DNA of 62,119 nt, filler included, from Pirum gemmata (GCA_002812295.1; 22 parts of 22 records of this genome joined end to end with filler, not necessarily neighbours in it), one strand, 5' to 3'. Shown: positions 36,702 through 49,080, numbered from the whole stretch's first letter. Numbers and translations: made by a program. The notes: generated by a model not told the origin, from the letters alone.

Positions 36702-37149
36702 TAATAATAATAATAGCAATGAAAGTTTTACTAGTAAATTGGTTTCCAAAGTTTCAAAAAATAATTTAAACAGAACAATTTCGAATAGTTCCTTTCGATT
36801 AAAGAAAAAAAAATCGAATTCAACATCAAGCAAAAAAGGAGAAAAACCAGAAACACCATTACCAGTTGTACCACCACAGCAAGCACAAACACAACAACCG
36901 CAACAGCAACAACCACAACAACAACCACACAAAGAAGATGATAAAAGTGAAAGTGAGTATGATGATATGATGGAATATAGATTAAAACGTAATAGCCAAT
37001 ATGTAAATGATAACTCGGGTTTGGTTTACTCTAATATTACCCAAATGTCATTGTCTAAAACTCAATCCAACAGTAATAGAACAAACAAACATTTACCGGT
37101 AATGCAAAATATTGTTTATTCTGATGTTTCCAGTATGTTTCCAGTATGA
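36702..37149 (+). CDS. C-terminal part of an unidentified protein with a Tyr-motif-rich tail
   Basis: The frame is open from the contig edge: ...SEYDDM...SQYVND..LVYSNI...IVYSDVSSMFPV*. Confidence 0.6.
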
Positions 37150-37283
37150 GGAATTAAATTGAAGATGGTGCAATTTTAACCGTGCAAATATTATCATATA
37201 CATAATATAATAAAATATAAAATATATTTGCAGCGAATTTTGCAGTTAATCTCTAGATCTGTGGATTACAATAATAATTTTAC

Positions 37284-37511
37284 GCCGAATAAAAATGGTG
37301 CGTCCTCCATTCCAAAAAATCTCAAAATGATCCAATTTTAATGAAAGTACTACCAAATTTTGAGAAATCGTCTAACTAAAAAAACCTTATTATGAAATAT
37401 TATGAACCAATTTCTACGATAGTTTTTTTAAAAAAATAATTTGGCTAGAAGGTTTTTAGAAAAGAAATATTTTACCAAAAAAAAAAAATGATTTTTAACA
37501 GTTTTATCCGC
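37284..37511 (+). mobile_element. MITE family C copy
   Basis: gccgaataaaaatgg...aagtactaccaaattttgagaaatcgtctaact...cagttttatccg. Confidence 0.8.
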
Positions 37512-37734
37512 ATTTTGTATTCGAGGTCTATTATCAATAAATTTTCTCCATCGCTTGGGTTCCCAAACGTTTGTTTATTACAGCACCGCCCACACCACAC
37601 AGTGGTAATGATAATGATGATAATGCTAATGCTAATCAGTTAAAAGAAAAGGTGTTGACATTCAACAGCAATATCATGGAACTGACTACCGAATGCCTAA
37701 GTCTTAAGGTTGGGACTAAGGTTAAGTTCAAGAA

Positions 37735-37927
37735 CCTAACCCTCACCTAACCCTAACCCTAACCCTAACTAATCCTAACCCTAACCCTAACCCTAACCCT
37801 AACCCTAACCCTAACCCTAACCCTAACCCTAACCCTAAACCTAACCATAACCATAACCATAACCATAACCATAAACATAACCTGACCATAACCATAACCA
37901 TAACCTAATTTATAACCCCAACCCTTA
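37735..37927. repeat. (CCCTAA)n grading into (CCATAA)n
   Basis: Direct reading. Confidence 0.9.
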
Positions 37928-37947
37928 GTTAAGAATGCTCTGCCGTT

Positions 37948-38405
37948 TCGTAATTTGAGATACTTCTATTAATTAATTTAACTTGGTCATTACTAATGGT
38001 TCTAATCTGTTGTCTATTATTTTTCCACGGCGTGAACCTCCTTGCACTAGAATGGAAAAAAGATGTATTGGTTATATTTCTAGCTAGTATAACCTTAACC
38101 TTAACCATAACCCTAGAATACCATGTCATTTCGTAATTTAAGATACATCTTATTAATTAGCACCTTTTTATATTATTAACTGTCATAAATGTTGTCTGTT
38201 ATTTTTCAATTTATATTTCTAGTATAACCTTAACCTTAACCTTAACTTCAACCTTAACCGTGTGTTGTAAAACCAAGATGCAATACACCTACTTGTGCTT
38301 TTAATATATTAAAAAGAGCAGTAAACGTTACAGGATCCGGTGGAAAAATAACAGACAAAAGATTAGAACCATTCTAAATGACCCAGTCAATATAAAAAGG
38401 TGTTA
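37948..38405. pseudogene. Three decayed copies of the 3' end of the GT11-like gene: two direct (about 37948-38090 and 38130-38226) and one inverted (about 38259-38405)
   Basis: The direct copy encodes SSARRFTPWKNNRQQIRTI (gene: SSGRRFKPWKNNRQQIRTI). The + strand copy reads PCVVKPRCNTPTCAFNILKRAVNVTGSG then jumps to WKNNRQKIRTILNDPVNIKRC. Confidence 0.88.
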
Positions 38406-38434
38406 TTTTGTAATTTAAGAATAAATCTTATTAA

Positions 38435-39246
38435 TTAACACCTTTTTATAGTGACTGGGTCATTAAGAATAGTTCTAATCTGTTGTCTGTTATTTTTCCA
38501 CGGCTTGAACCTCCTTCCACTGGAGCAAAAAAAAGTTGTAGTAGTTATATTTCTAGTATACGGACACACATCTTTACAATAAGGACGAAATATGGTTTTC
38601 GGGTGAAGTGAGATAGAAGTGGCCGTCATTGCAAAAGTTGAAACACCGGATCCTGCAAAGTTTACTGCTCTTTTTAATATATTAAAAGCACAAGTGGGTG
38701 TATTGCATTTTGGTTTTACGACACAAGGGTGGTATTTTTCTATAATTCTAACACAAGGGTTTTTACTATCCTGTTTAATAATTAATATACATTTATCAGT
38801 ATATTGCAAAGCTATTTTCACATAAAAATTACAATGGGGTTGACCATATAATGGGTGGGGTTTTGTATTCGTAAATATATCACCTCCACGAAAATGAAAA
38901 ACTAAAAAATTGCGTACATCACTTCTATAACCGTAGAGAGTGGGGTCTAAGTACGACAAAGTATCGCGAAGGTAAGCAGGTTGTTGTCGTACTTCAACAA
39001 AATTACCACCGGGCGTATGTCGTATTATCTTCCACGTATTTCGAGTAAGTCTACAATGACAAGTTGCAAGTTCTAGTAGTCGGGTGACCGATGCGTTAGT
39101 GTATGTTTTTGTTGCAAATATTGTTTGTGGAGGTGTGGTTATAACTGAATCTCTGTTGGCAGTATAAGGACTATAAACAAAACCCGATGTTTTCTTGACA
39201 ATTTTAGAAGCTTGTCTATAAAGATGAAATCGATTGCCTGATCTAC
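38435..39246 (-). CDS. GT11-like (alpha-1,2-fucosyltransferase-related) glycosyltransferase, terminal exon
   Basis: Acceptor catag| then an open 270-codon frame: GRSGNRF (GRxGN motif), LVFHFRGGDIF (HxRxGD GDP-fucose motif), PHPLYGQPHCNFY and VSTF (STF motif). Confidence 0.72.
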
Positions 39247-40996
39247 CTATGGGTGTAAGGGTTCGGGTTAGGGTTAGGGTTAGGGTTAGGGTTNNNNNNN
39301 NNNNNNNNNNNNNNNNNNNNNNNNNNNNNNNNNNNNNTTAATTAATTAANNNNNNNNNNNNNNNNNNNNNNNNNNNNNNNNNNNNNNNNNNNNTGGGTGT
39401 AAAATCAACATATCTTCTGAATTTCGCTTTCGTTTGTTTGTTTAGATTATTTTAGGGAAAAATATAATCCAAAAGACTAGAAATGTAATATTTAGAAAAT
39501 AGTGTACAGGGACAATATGTGTTGTTTTTGTACGTCTATAATTACGAGAAAAAAAAAAAAGCTTGTTTTTAACTAGAAAAAAAATAAAGTACTTAGTATT
39601 AAAATTTTTAGTGTTTTTTTTAAAAAAAATATATATAATTTCAGTTCTTTCCTAAGATTATTTTTTTACTATCGATAAGTGCACAAAAAAAAAATCAGCA
39701 CAACTCTACCATTGGCCCACAAAAGAAAAATATGAAATTCCCTTATTTGGCAAATTTGGAACATATGTTTGGTTTTTTTTTTTAAAAAAGCATTTTTGTA
39801 TCTTATTTTGGAGTTTTTTTTTTTTTTTCTTGATTTGTTTTTTTTTTTTTTTTTTTTTTGTATAACTTTTTTTTTTGGTAGTTACAAATCTGTAATAAAA
39901 GTAATTCTAAATTATGTTACTACATTAGGAACTATTTTAGTCTAATTGGGGGCATGGTTGTTTTTTTTACATTTATTCAATTCACCAACCTTCATCAATT
40001 AGTGATTTAATTAAGCCCTAACTTCTTGTCAACTAACTTATACGTATGTAAAAGATATCCTAGGAATATGAAGACAATATCTTCAATAGCCAAAAAGTTT
40101 TATTATATACCAACTTTTAGACTAATTTAAAGACGGTCGTTTTATTTAATACTACATTTTGTCCTAATTTGAGAACATTTGTTATTTTTTTAGTACAGCG
40201 GTGGGTTTATGATTATTACAATGATTTACCTATGTATTATATATAATATATATATAACTTTAACCATGTAGATCTATGTGATTATCTTGTAGCGCCTCCC
40301 GAACACTCAGCATGCCTTCCTAAAAATTATTAAATAGGGCACGATCTTCAACTAATGGGTCATGATCATAGTTGTTAGTTTCATTCTTAGCGATATTAGA
40401 TACGACTCCGCTGTTAGTGTCATTTACTGTCAAAGTTTTTGTTTTTCCAAAAATCATCGAAATTGACCTTTTTTAATTTTTTTTGACTGTCATAGGTCCA
40501 GGAGGAGTGACAACCCTAATTTAGTAATAAAAATATCTTACTGTCCAGGCGTCAAAAAATTTTCAAAATTTTGGTCGAAACATCATTCTTTATAGTGAAA
40601 ATTCGAAAAAAAATGTTTTCCAAAACATTTTCGCACAAATTTCACCAATTTTCTTTTTTGCCACCATACCAAAAAAAAAAAAAAAAAAAAAACTTCGGGT
40701 AAAAAGGTTCAATTTTTTTTTGATGAAATTATTCGTCAATAATTTTGTTTTGATGCTCAAAAAAAGTTGCCAAAAACCCTATTATTAGTAAAAACAATGA
40801 TCTTAGGAAAGGTCTATTTGAGAAATAAAGCAATTAGTCTATGTATTGTTTTTATAAATCTACAATTAATAATAAAAACAAACTAAAAAAAAGAAGGAAA
40901 AAAAAATACAACTAGAAAGTGCAAATTATTAATCAAAAATGGCACTGCTTAAAAAGGTAATAAATTTTTTTAAAAAAAAGGCACTGTTAAGTTGTA

Positions 40997-41073
40997 ATAT
41001 GAAAGATTTAAGTTCGGAAGTCGAGATTCAGATCTGAACCTTGACTTCCAAACCTGAAAAATATCTTTCGTAT
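40997..41073. repeat. Imperfect loop-less palindrome centred on AGATCT
   Basis: atatgaaagat-ttaagttcggaagtcgagattcaga|tctgaaccttgacttccaaacctgaa-aaat-atctttcgtat. Confidence 0.7.
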
Positions 41074-42088
41074 GATACATTAAAAAAAAGTTTTTAATGT
41101 AATAATTTAAAAAAAAAGAATTGAAAGAATGCGCAGATGAGTGTGGGGGGGGGGGGATTAATATGTGTTTTGGTGAAAATGATTTAAAATAAAAAGTATG
41201 TTTAATATTTTTTTAATAAACTAGCTTGCTAACAAACAACGAAATAACGAAAAGACAACTTGAACTAAAAACTTTATTGACTTTTTTTTATCCTATACAC
41301 AAGCTTTGTTTGACAATGACACTCTTAGTAGTATATCCAGCATAGCAGTCTTCAATTCACTCACAAACTACGTACGACAATCATACGACAACAAATTGTA
41401 CAAGTGATAAATTACGCTAGTCCATCCCAACCCATTATTTTTTCAATCATAGTTATAGTACCGGCCAAAGCAACTCCATATTTTAACCCAGGAAACAACT
41501 AATAAATAAAATATATATTCGTATTAATATCACATTTTTTATTCGTTAAATAGCGAAAGGAAAATATCCAAAACTAACAATCAAAACAAACAAACAACGA
41601 TGCCATAAATATATCAAAATATCAATATTAAGAACAAAATTAACGTGGGGGGAATACAAATATAAAACATTACACACCAACATTTTAAAGGTTGTTTAAA
41701 AAACTAAATTATTTAAATAAACATAAACGGTGCACATCGAACTCCAAAAAAAAAAAAATGATTAAGAACCGGGTTAGGGATATGGTTGAAGCGAAAGAAA
41801 ATATACAAACAAATCATAAGTTAACAGGTCAACTTTAGCAATAATAAACACACAAAATAAAATAACAAAAGTGTGACAATAACAACAACAATAGAAATAA
41901 TAATAATGGTAATGGTATTGGTAATCGTAGTGGTAATGGTAGTGGACAATGAAAATGGAAATGGAAATGGAAATGGAAATGCATTGGANNNNNNNNNNNN
42001 NNNNNNNNNNNNNNNNNNNNNNNNNNNNNNNNTTAATTAATTAANNNNNNNNNNNNNNNNNNNNNNNNNNNNNNNNNNNNNNNNNNNN

Positions 42089-42328
42089 AGGGTTAGGGTT
42101 AGGGTTAGGGTTAGGGTTAGGGTTAACGTTAGTGTTAGGGTTAGGGTTAACGTTAGGGTTAGGGTTAGGGTTAGGGTTAGGGTTAGGGTTAGGGTTAGGG
42201 TTAGGGTTAGGGTTAACGTTAGTGTTAGGGTTAGGGTTAACGTTAGGGTTAGGGTTAGGGTTAGGGTTAGAGTTATAGGATTAGGGTTAGGGCTATAGGG
42301 TTGGCGTTATAAGGTTAAGGTAGGGTTA
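42089..42328. repeat. (TTAGGG)n array with AACGTT variant units
   Basis: Direct reading, at the contig start. Confidence 0.92.
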
Positions 42329-42551
42329 ACAATCAGATATCATAATAATAATAAGAAGAATAAGAATATAGCACAGTAGAAACTACTACATAACCTTACA
42401 TCAAAAAAATTGCAACATAATAAAGAAGAAAACTTGGACTTTTACAACAATTATATTTTTAATAACAGCCATATCATCGCTGAATGTTTTTAGAATATCT
42501 GTAGCTCCATATATAAAAAATTTGGAAAAAAAAACTGAAAAATTACTATGA

Positions 42552-42656
42552 TAAGGGAGCGTCAAAGGGTAGGTAGGTAGGTAGTATTTAACCAGAAATG
42601 AACGTCGAGGGGTAGGTAGGTAGGGGCGTATGAAGCTAGTATTTGAACGCTCCTTA
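42552..42656 (+). mobile_element. MITE family D, short copy (Harbinger/Tourist-like)
   Basis: TAAGGGAGCGTCAA ... TTGAACGCTCCTTA inverted ends; internal GGGTAGGTAGGTAGG blocks. Confidence 0.8.
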
Positions 42657-42673
42657 TTAATATAAAATATTAT

Positions 42674-42860
42674 TATGTGCTTTTCATTTATTTTGTCACT
42701 CTGAATATTTATTTGGTTGGTTATAATATTTAATTTGACATTTTTAAATTAATAAATATATAATAAAACATACCAAATTAAATTAAATGGATTTCTATAG
42801 TTTTAATTTGGTATTTTTTATTGTATATTTTTTGACAACAAAACGACTGAAAAGCACGAT
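42674..42860 (+). mobile_element. MITE family A, full copy
   Basis: TGTGCTTTTCA ... TGAAAAGCACGAT. Confidence 0.85.
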
Positions 42861-42916
42861 TAAGAAAGTATACCAAAAATTATAACTAAAATAATTTCTA
42901 AAATTTTGTCTGGGAA

Positions 42917-43351
42917 GAGATACTGGTGAAAACATAATCGAATCAAACAGCTCGCTCGATCTTAATTATTAAAAACAGTAACAATTTTGAAAAATGAATC
43001 AAATTTCTTATTATGAAATCAAAAGTGAGTCAATACTTAAAATTAGATCGAAAATATTTGAAAGTTTCGAACTAATTTCGATTCGATAGTTTTTCCCAAA
43101 AAATTGGTGCGCCTTTTTCTAACCACCTTTTTATGCTTGAAATTTTAACAGCAATGATAGGCAATGATTGGCGGAGACTGCCCGTTGTAAATTATACATA
43201 TATGGCCTTTAGGCAGATACAGGAAAAAATAATCGAATCAAATCGTTCGTATTTTTTTTTTTCGAGTTTCAAGTTTTTTCTATAAAATTTCTTTTTTAAA
43301 TACTTTTAAAACTAGATCGAACGTTTTTGAAAGTTTCGAACTAGGCTCGAT
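42917..43351. mobile_element. Two family G copies (about 42917-43098 and 43212-43351)
   Basis: gatac...tcgaatcaaa and gaaatcaaaagtg(a/g)gtcaatacttaaaattagat are shared with 4267-4502. Confidence 0.7.
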
Positions 43352-43584
43352 ACAAGTAGTGAAGTCCTTCATTTTTTTTTTATATATATAAACCAATGAT
43401 ATGAGACTATTATAAAAAACAAAAAAAAAATTCTTCAGTCAAATAACACGCTTAAAAACGTCCAACTTTTGGGGTTCCATATAATTTTTAGTTATTATAC
43501 CAAACATAAGTAATATAATAGGAATTTAATGGGTTTGAAATTTTCGAACATATATACACATTAAATGGTGGTACTTTTAATTAG

Positions 43585-43733
43585 TAAGGAAGCATTCAAA
43601 TAACACGTCACGTCAAGGGGTAGATAAGTAGGTGGCATTGGACCAGATATTAACGTCGAGGGGTAGATAGATAGGGGTATTTGAAGCTGTATTTGACCGG
43701 AAATTAGCGTTACGTAGTATTTGGACGTTTTTA
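43585..43733 (+). mobile_element. MITE family D, full copy
   Basis: TAAGGAAGCATTCAAATAACACGTCACG ... CGTTACGTAGTATTTGGACGTTTTTA inverted ends. Confidence 0.8.
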
Positions 43734-43794
43734 GATTATTTGCACCATTTATGTTATGAATTAGATCTAACATTGCCAATAGCTAGCACATACT

Positions 43795-43955
43795 ATTTCG
43801 TCTCAATCTTTAATTTGGTAGTGTTTAAGTGTATAATTGAACTTTTTTATAAAATGCGACATTATATATAAAATACCAAATTAATTAAAACATGCCTAAT
43901 AGTTTAACCATAATAATAATTTGGTATGTTTATTTCAGTTTTTGAACTGGACAAC
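43795..43955 (-). mobile_element. MITE family B copy
   Basis: Reverse complement of 44997-45177 (tctcaatctttaatttggta...tttcagtttttgaactggacaac). Confidence 0.8.
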
Positions 43956-43987
43956 AACCCTCCTATTATAATTTATAACTTCAAATT

Positions 43988-44445
43988 TAACCCTAACTCT
44001 AAGTCTCTAACCCTGACTCTAACTAAAGCCCTGACCATAATTAACCCTAACCCCTAATCCCAGCCCTAACCCTAACCCTAACTAACCCTCTTACCCTAAC
44101 CCTAACCCCTAACCCTAACCCTAACCCTAACCCTAACCCTAACCCTCTTACCCTAACCCTAACCCTAACCCTAACCCTCTTACCCTAACCCTAACCCTAA
44201 CCCTAACCCTAACCCTAACCCTAACCCTAACCCTAACCCTAACCCTAGCCGTAGTAGTAATAGTAATAGTATTAATAGTCAGTAGTAGTAGTAGTAGTAG
44301 TATCGTCTATAGCTTAGGGTTAGGGTTAGGGGTTAGAGTTAGGGTTAGGGTTAACGTTATAGGTTAGGATTAGTTAGAGGTTAGAGGATAGGGCTAGCTA
44401 GGGTTAGGGTTAGGGTTAGGGTTAGGGTTAGGGTTAGGGTTAGAG
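43988..44445. repeat. (CCCTAA)n followed after ~65 bp by (TTAGGG)n
   Basis: C-rich array to 44247, G-rich array from 44314. Confidence 0.9.
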
Positions 44446-44996
44446 TGGTCAAAAGCTATCATAATTTATCTATAGTATAATTAATACTTGTGGAGCCCCA
44501 AAAAAGTGAGTAATAGTTTACAGCAACACTGGCAACTTCAACAATTGCCTATATATAGTCTTCCTGTCAACTTCCTTTTTGAGAATCCTAATATAGTAAG
44601 GAGACCTAGGGTTAAAAAGTTTTTTGATATGGGTTAGGGTTAGAGTTAGGGTTAGGGGTTAGGGTTAGGGNNNNNNNNNNNNNNNNNNNNNNNNNNNNNN
44701 NNNNNNNNNNNNNNTTAATTAATTAANNNNNNNNNNNNNNNNNNNNNNNNNNNNNNNNNNNNNNNNNNNNCTTAATTAAAACCCTAACCCTAACCATAAC
44801 CCTAACCCTAACCCTAACCCTAACCCTAACCCTAATTTGGGCGTTTAGGCTCAAAAACTTCAAATAATATTATAATATTTATTTGTACAACAGCAATACA
44901 ACAACAATAGCAATAATTAGCAACAACCAACACCAGGAACAACAACAACGGGGACAAAAATAAAACATGCATGTGATTGTGTTTTTTAATTAATAG

Positions 44997-45177
44997 TATT
45001 GTCCTGTTCAAAAACTGAAATAAACATACCAAATTACTATTATGGTTAAACTATCAAACATGGTTTCACTAATTTGGTATTTTATACTTATGTTGTATTT
45101 TATAAACAAGTTCAATTATACACTTAAACAGTACCAAATTAAAGATTGAGAGGACAACTATAATGAAATAGACGATA
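44997..45177 (+). mobile_element. MITE family B (~180 bp), full copy
   Basis: TATTGTCCTGTTCA ... TGAAATAGACGATA imperfect TIRs; internal TACCAAATT/AATTTGGTA motifs; about 7 copies or fragments. Confidence 0.8.
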
Positions 45178-45300
45178 TTACATATCTAGCTATAGTTTAA
45201 TATCATACTGTAGTCTAGAATCTAGTAGTCTAGGTCTGATGTTACTCTTTAACTGAACATAAAAGTATAATAATCATATAATAATATTTTTTTTAACACC

Positions 45301-45497
45301 ACCGGATAAAACTGAAGAAATCATTTTTTTTTTTTTTTTAAGTTAGTCTACTTCTTTTCTAAAAACCTTTTTATTAAAATGCTAATTATTGTTAACTAGC
45401 CAAATTATTATTAAAAACTGGCCATTGGTTCATAATAATAGTGTTTTCTTAGTTAGACAATTTCTGAAATTTTGTTAGTACTTTCATTTTTATCTGG
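45301..45497 (-). mobile_element. MITE family C copy
   Basis: accggataaaactg...cttcttttctaaaaacc...tagttagac...gtactttca. Confidence 0.75.
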
Positions 45498-45992
45498 GGT
45501 GGGTGTTAAAAAAATAAGGTGTCTAAAATTAAAAATTAATAATCATGATAGGATAAAATTCCTTTTTTATATTAAAAATAAATGTCATTTTTTTTATTAT
45601 ATCATGCCATATTAAAAAAAAAATTATTCAACCAAAATAATAAAACGATGGTTGTATTTTTGGCTTTTTTTGGCATGAAAGACTACCAGTGTTGTAGGTC
45701 TAATATTTTTGGACAGTTTTAATTATAATAAACAACTATAACACTACGATAATACTATATTATCACATTATATTAAACTCTACCAATTTAAAGGTGTGTA
45801 ATTAAATTATTTACCTCTGAAGTCGACGTAATTAATGAACTTTTCTTAATAGGCACAGTTAAACATCGTTGAAAGTTTGAAAAATATATTATTCATCATA
45901 TTGTCATTTTTTATTGGAAAGAGTAAAATATAAATTAAATTAAAAAACGGTTCTCTATTTATAACAATTCTCTGTACGATAAGAGGAGAGGT

Positions 45993-46432
45993 AACAATAA
46001 CAATAACAATAATGACAATAATAACAATAACAATAACAATAACAATAACAATAACAATAACAATAACAATAACAATAACAAAAACAATAACAATAACAAT
46101 AACAATAACAATAAANATAACAATATATAACAATAACAATAACAATAACAATAACAATAACAATAACAATAACAATAACAATAACAATAACAATAACAAT
46201 TAATAACAATAACAATTAATAACAATACCAACATTAACACTCATTAACAACAATAACAATAACAAGAAAAATAATAATAATAAATATTAAGTATAATAAT
46301 AATAATAACAATACTTATAATAATAAAAAGAGTAATAACAGTAACAATAACAATAACAATAACTACAACAATAACTACAACAATAACAATAACAGCAACA
46401 ACACAACGAATAACAATAACAATAACAATAAC
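45993..46432. repeat. (AACAAT)n hexamer microsatellite
   Basis: Direct reading. Confidence 0.92.
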
Positions 46433-47494
46433 ATATATAACAAATCAAATATTTTATTTTCACTTTTTAAATCAAGGTAAATAACATACCAAGTTGCGTT
46501 CAATCACTTTGTTAAAATAACACTATAATAAATAACGATTTAATTATTATTTCGTGTAACCATCTAATTAATGTTAATATAAAAATACTATTATCATTAT
46601 TATCACTTTTCAAGTATCATATTTACTATAACACTAATGCTGTCATAGTTGGGTGCAAAGTGTATAGTTTGACTCGATTCTATAGGTATCGAGTTTTTAT
46701 TTATTTATTTTATAACCCTAACCCTAACCCTAACCCTAACCCTAACCCTAACCATAACCATAACCATAACCATTATCATAACCCTAACCTTAAGCTTAAG
46801 CTTAACCTTAACCTCAACCCTAGCCCTCTATATAAAAAGTTTTTTCATTTTTTCTTAAAATTTGTCAATTATTTGAATAACATTATGAAACCTAAATAAA
46901 CCAGTTTTTTTCAAAAAATGATGAACAAAAAACAATACTAATACAGGTACCCTTACTATTATTCATTCTAGCTATAAAAATGTAAATATTATTATCACTT
47001 TATAAACATTACTATTACTATTACTATTACATGAATGGTAATATCACTATCACCATTACTATAAATATTAATATTAATATTAATATTACTATCACTATTA
47101 CTATTACTATTACTATATAAAAACACTAAATTCATTTACTTCTAATTTTTATCACAACTTCTACAAATAAAAAAAATTTCTTTGCTTTAAATTAATTAAT
47201 TCATTATTATTATCAAAAAGTTATTATCTTAAATCTTATTAATATTATTATCACTAGAAATGATTATTGGCGTTATTAATCATAATAAACAACAATATCA
47301 TAATCCGAAACTTAATAATTGGTTAACATTGTTCCTATCAAAATATTATTTTTACTACTCATTATTATTATGCCATTATTATTATTATTATTANNNNNNN
47401 NNNNNNNNNNNNNNNNNNNNNNNNNNNNNNNNNNNNNTTAATTAATTAANNNNNNNNNNNNNNNNNNNNNNNNNNNNNNNNNNNNNNNNNNNNA

Positions 47495-47617
47495 ATGATA
47501 CATTGTAAAAATGATAAACTAAGTGCTGCTGAGCAAAACGACCTTTTGTGTGCTCGTAATGCTGACCCACAATACACAAGTTGTTATTGTGAACCAGCTA
47601 AACCAATTGGAAACTAA
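47495..47617 (+). CDS. Possible 3' end of a Cys-containing protein at the contig edge
   Basis: MIHCKNDKLSAAEQNDLLCARNADPQYTSCYCEPAKPIGN*; GC content is locally coding-like; no homology recognised. Confidence 0.4.
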   Translation: MIHCKNDKLSAAEQNDLLCARNADPQYTSCYCEPAKPIGN

Positions 47618-47685
47618 TTTATAAATATTTTAATGTTCGTGCTTAGCATATATAGTATACTATAATAATAATAATAATTAGATTA

Positions 47686-47757
47686 ATAAAAGATATAATA
47701 ATATGTATTATCTTAAAAAAAAATAATAAAAAAACACATTTCTCTTTTAACTTTAAT

Positions 47758-47793
<36 letters not shown>

Positions 47794-47931
47794 TATAATA
47801 ATTCATTTCAAAAATGAATTTGACAAGCGAACTCTGCTGAAGTTTAGCCGCATAAAAGATATAATAATATGTATTATATTAAAAAAAAATAGAAAAAAAA
47901 AACATTTCTCTTTTAACTTTAATATTAATTA

Positions 47932-47970
<39 letters not shown>

Positions 47971-48030
47971 TAATAATTCAGTTCAAAAATGAATTTGACA
48001 AGCGAACTCTTCTGAAGTTTAGCCGCATAA
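47686..48030. repeat. ~170-bp tandem duplication
   Basis: aaaagatataataatatgtattat...acatttctcttttaactttaatatt...aaaaatgaatttgacaagcgaactct(g/t)ctgaagtttagccgcataa occurs twice. Confidence 0.9.
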
Positions 48031-48679
48031 TATGAGTTGTCATTCTAAAACTTATTTTTAAATACACATAGAAAACGAGTGATGCTAGCAACTTTCTTTC
48101 CACATATTATTACACCACGTTACCGAGAGATTTCGGTGTTTCCTTTGATAGGTATAAGTAAAGTTAGGGTTAGGTAGAGTTGTGGTTTAATAGGGATAGA
48201 TTATTATATAAGCTAAATATATTGATAAATATTACAACAAATTTTGAAGACCGTATGAGAGCATTAATTTCATTGGTGTTGTTGAAAGCTTAATTAAAGT
48301 AACTGTTTGTTCTTCTTCCAAAAAACAACCCATTACACCACAATGCAAACAAATAGGCAACAGAGGATTTATCCCTATCTCGAGTGCATTCCGATTTATT
48401 CAACTAAAGTGTTGTTTAGGCAATCCAACAGGGGTCAGAGTTAGGGTTTGAAATGAAGAAATGATTAACACTAGTTTTATATGGTGATATAATATAATAT
48501 AGAATTAAAGTTTCTAATTGTTATTAATATTATAGTATATCAATACTATAAATAATATTATTACTAAAATAAGTTATAAGTTTTTTTTTAATTTTATTTT
48601 GTCTTTTTTTTATTCTATAAAATATTGGAGTATCGATGTTATTAATATTATTTTATATTATTCTATACATTTAAAAACA

Positions 48680-49080
48680 CTATCAGACATGTTTTGATTA
48701 ATTTGGCATTTTATACTTAATGTTGTATTTTATAAACAAGTTCAATGGTATACTTAAACGGTACCAAATTAAGGATTCTGTTATTATATAAAAAATATTG
48801 CAGACTATTGCAGTATCAACATCTAATTTGTAATATTATTATATTACATGCTGTAAATTTAAAAACCATCAGGCATGTTTTAATTAATTTGGTATTTTAT
48901 ATACTATTTAATGTTTAATTTATAGACATGTTCAATTGTATACTTTACTTAAACAGTACGAAATAGACGATATCAAACTTGAGTAAACAATTTCAGCTAA
49001 CTATCATACTAGCGTTATGGTTAAACTATCAGACATGTTTTAATTAATTTAGTATGTTACACTTTTAAAGTTGTATTTTA
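48680..49080 (+). mobile_element. Three partial family B copies
   Basis: (c/t)atcag(a/g)catgtttt(g/a)attaattt(g/a)g at about 48681, 48866 and 49027; the second ends gaaatagacgata. Confidence 0.72.

Noticed and set aside
12253..39246. Functional gene cluster (GSS, PGM3, RNase T2, lipase, GT11)
   Set aside because: The genes lie on separate contigs joined artificially, so adjacency carries no information.
43988..44445. Telomere-capped nanochromosomes or a chromosome fusion site
   Set aside because: Arrays occur inside introns, in both orientations and mid-contig. The order here is CCCTAA then TTAGGG, opposite to an end-to-end fusion signature.
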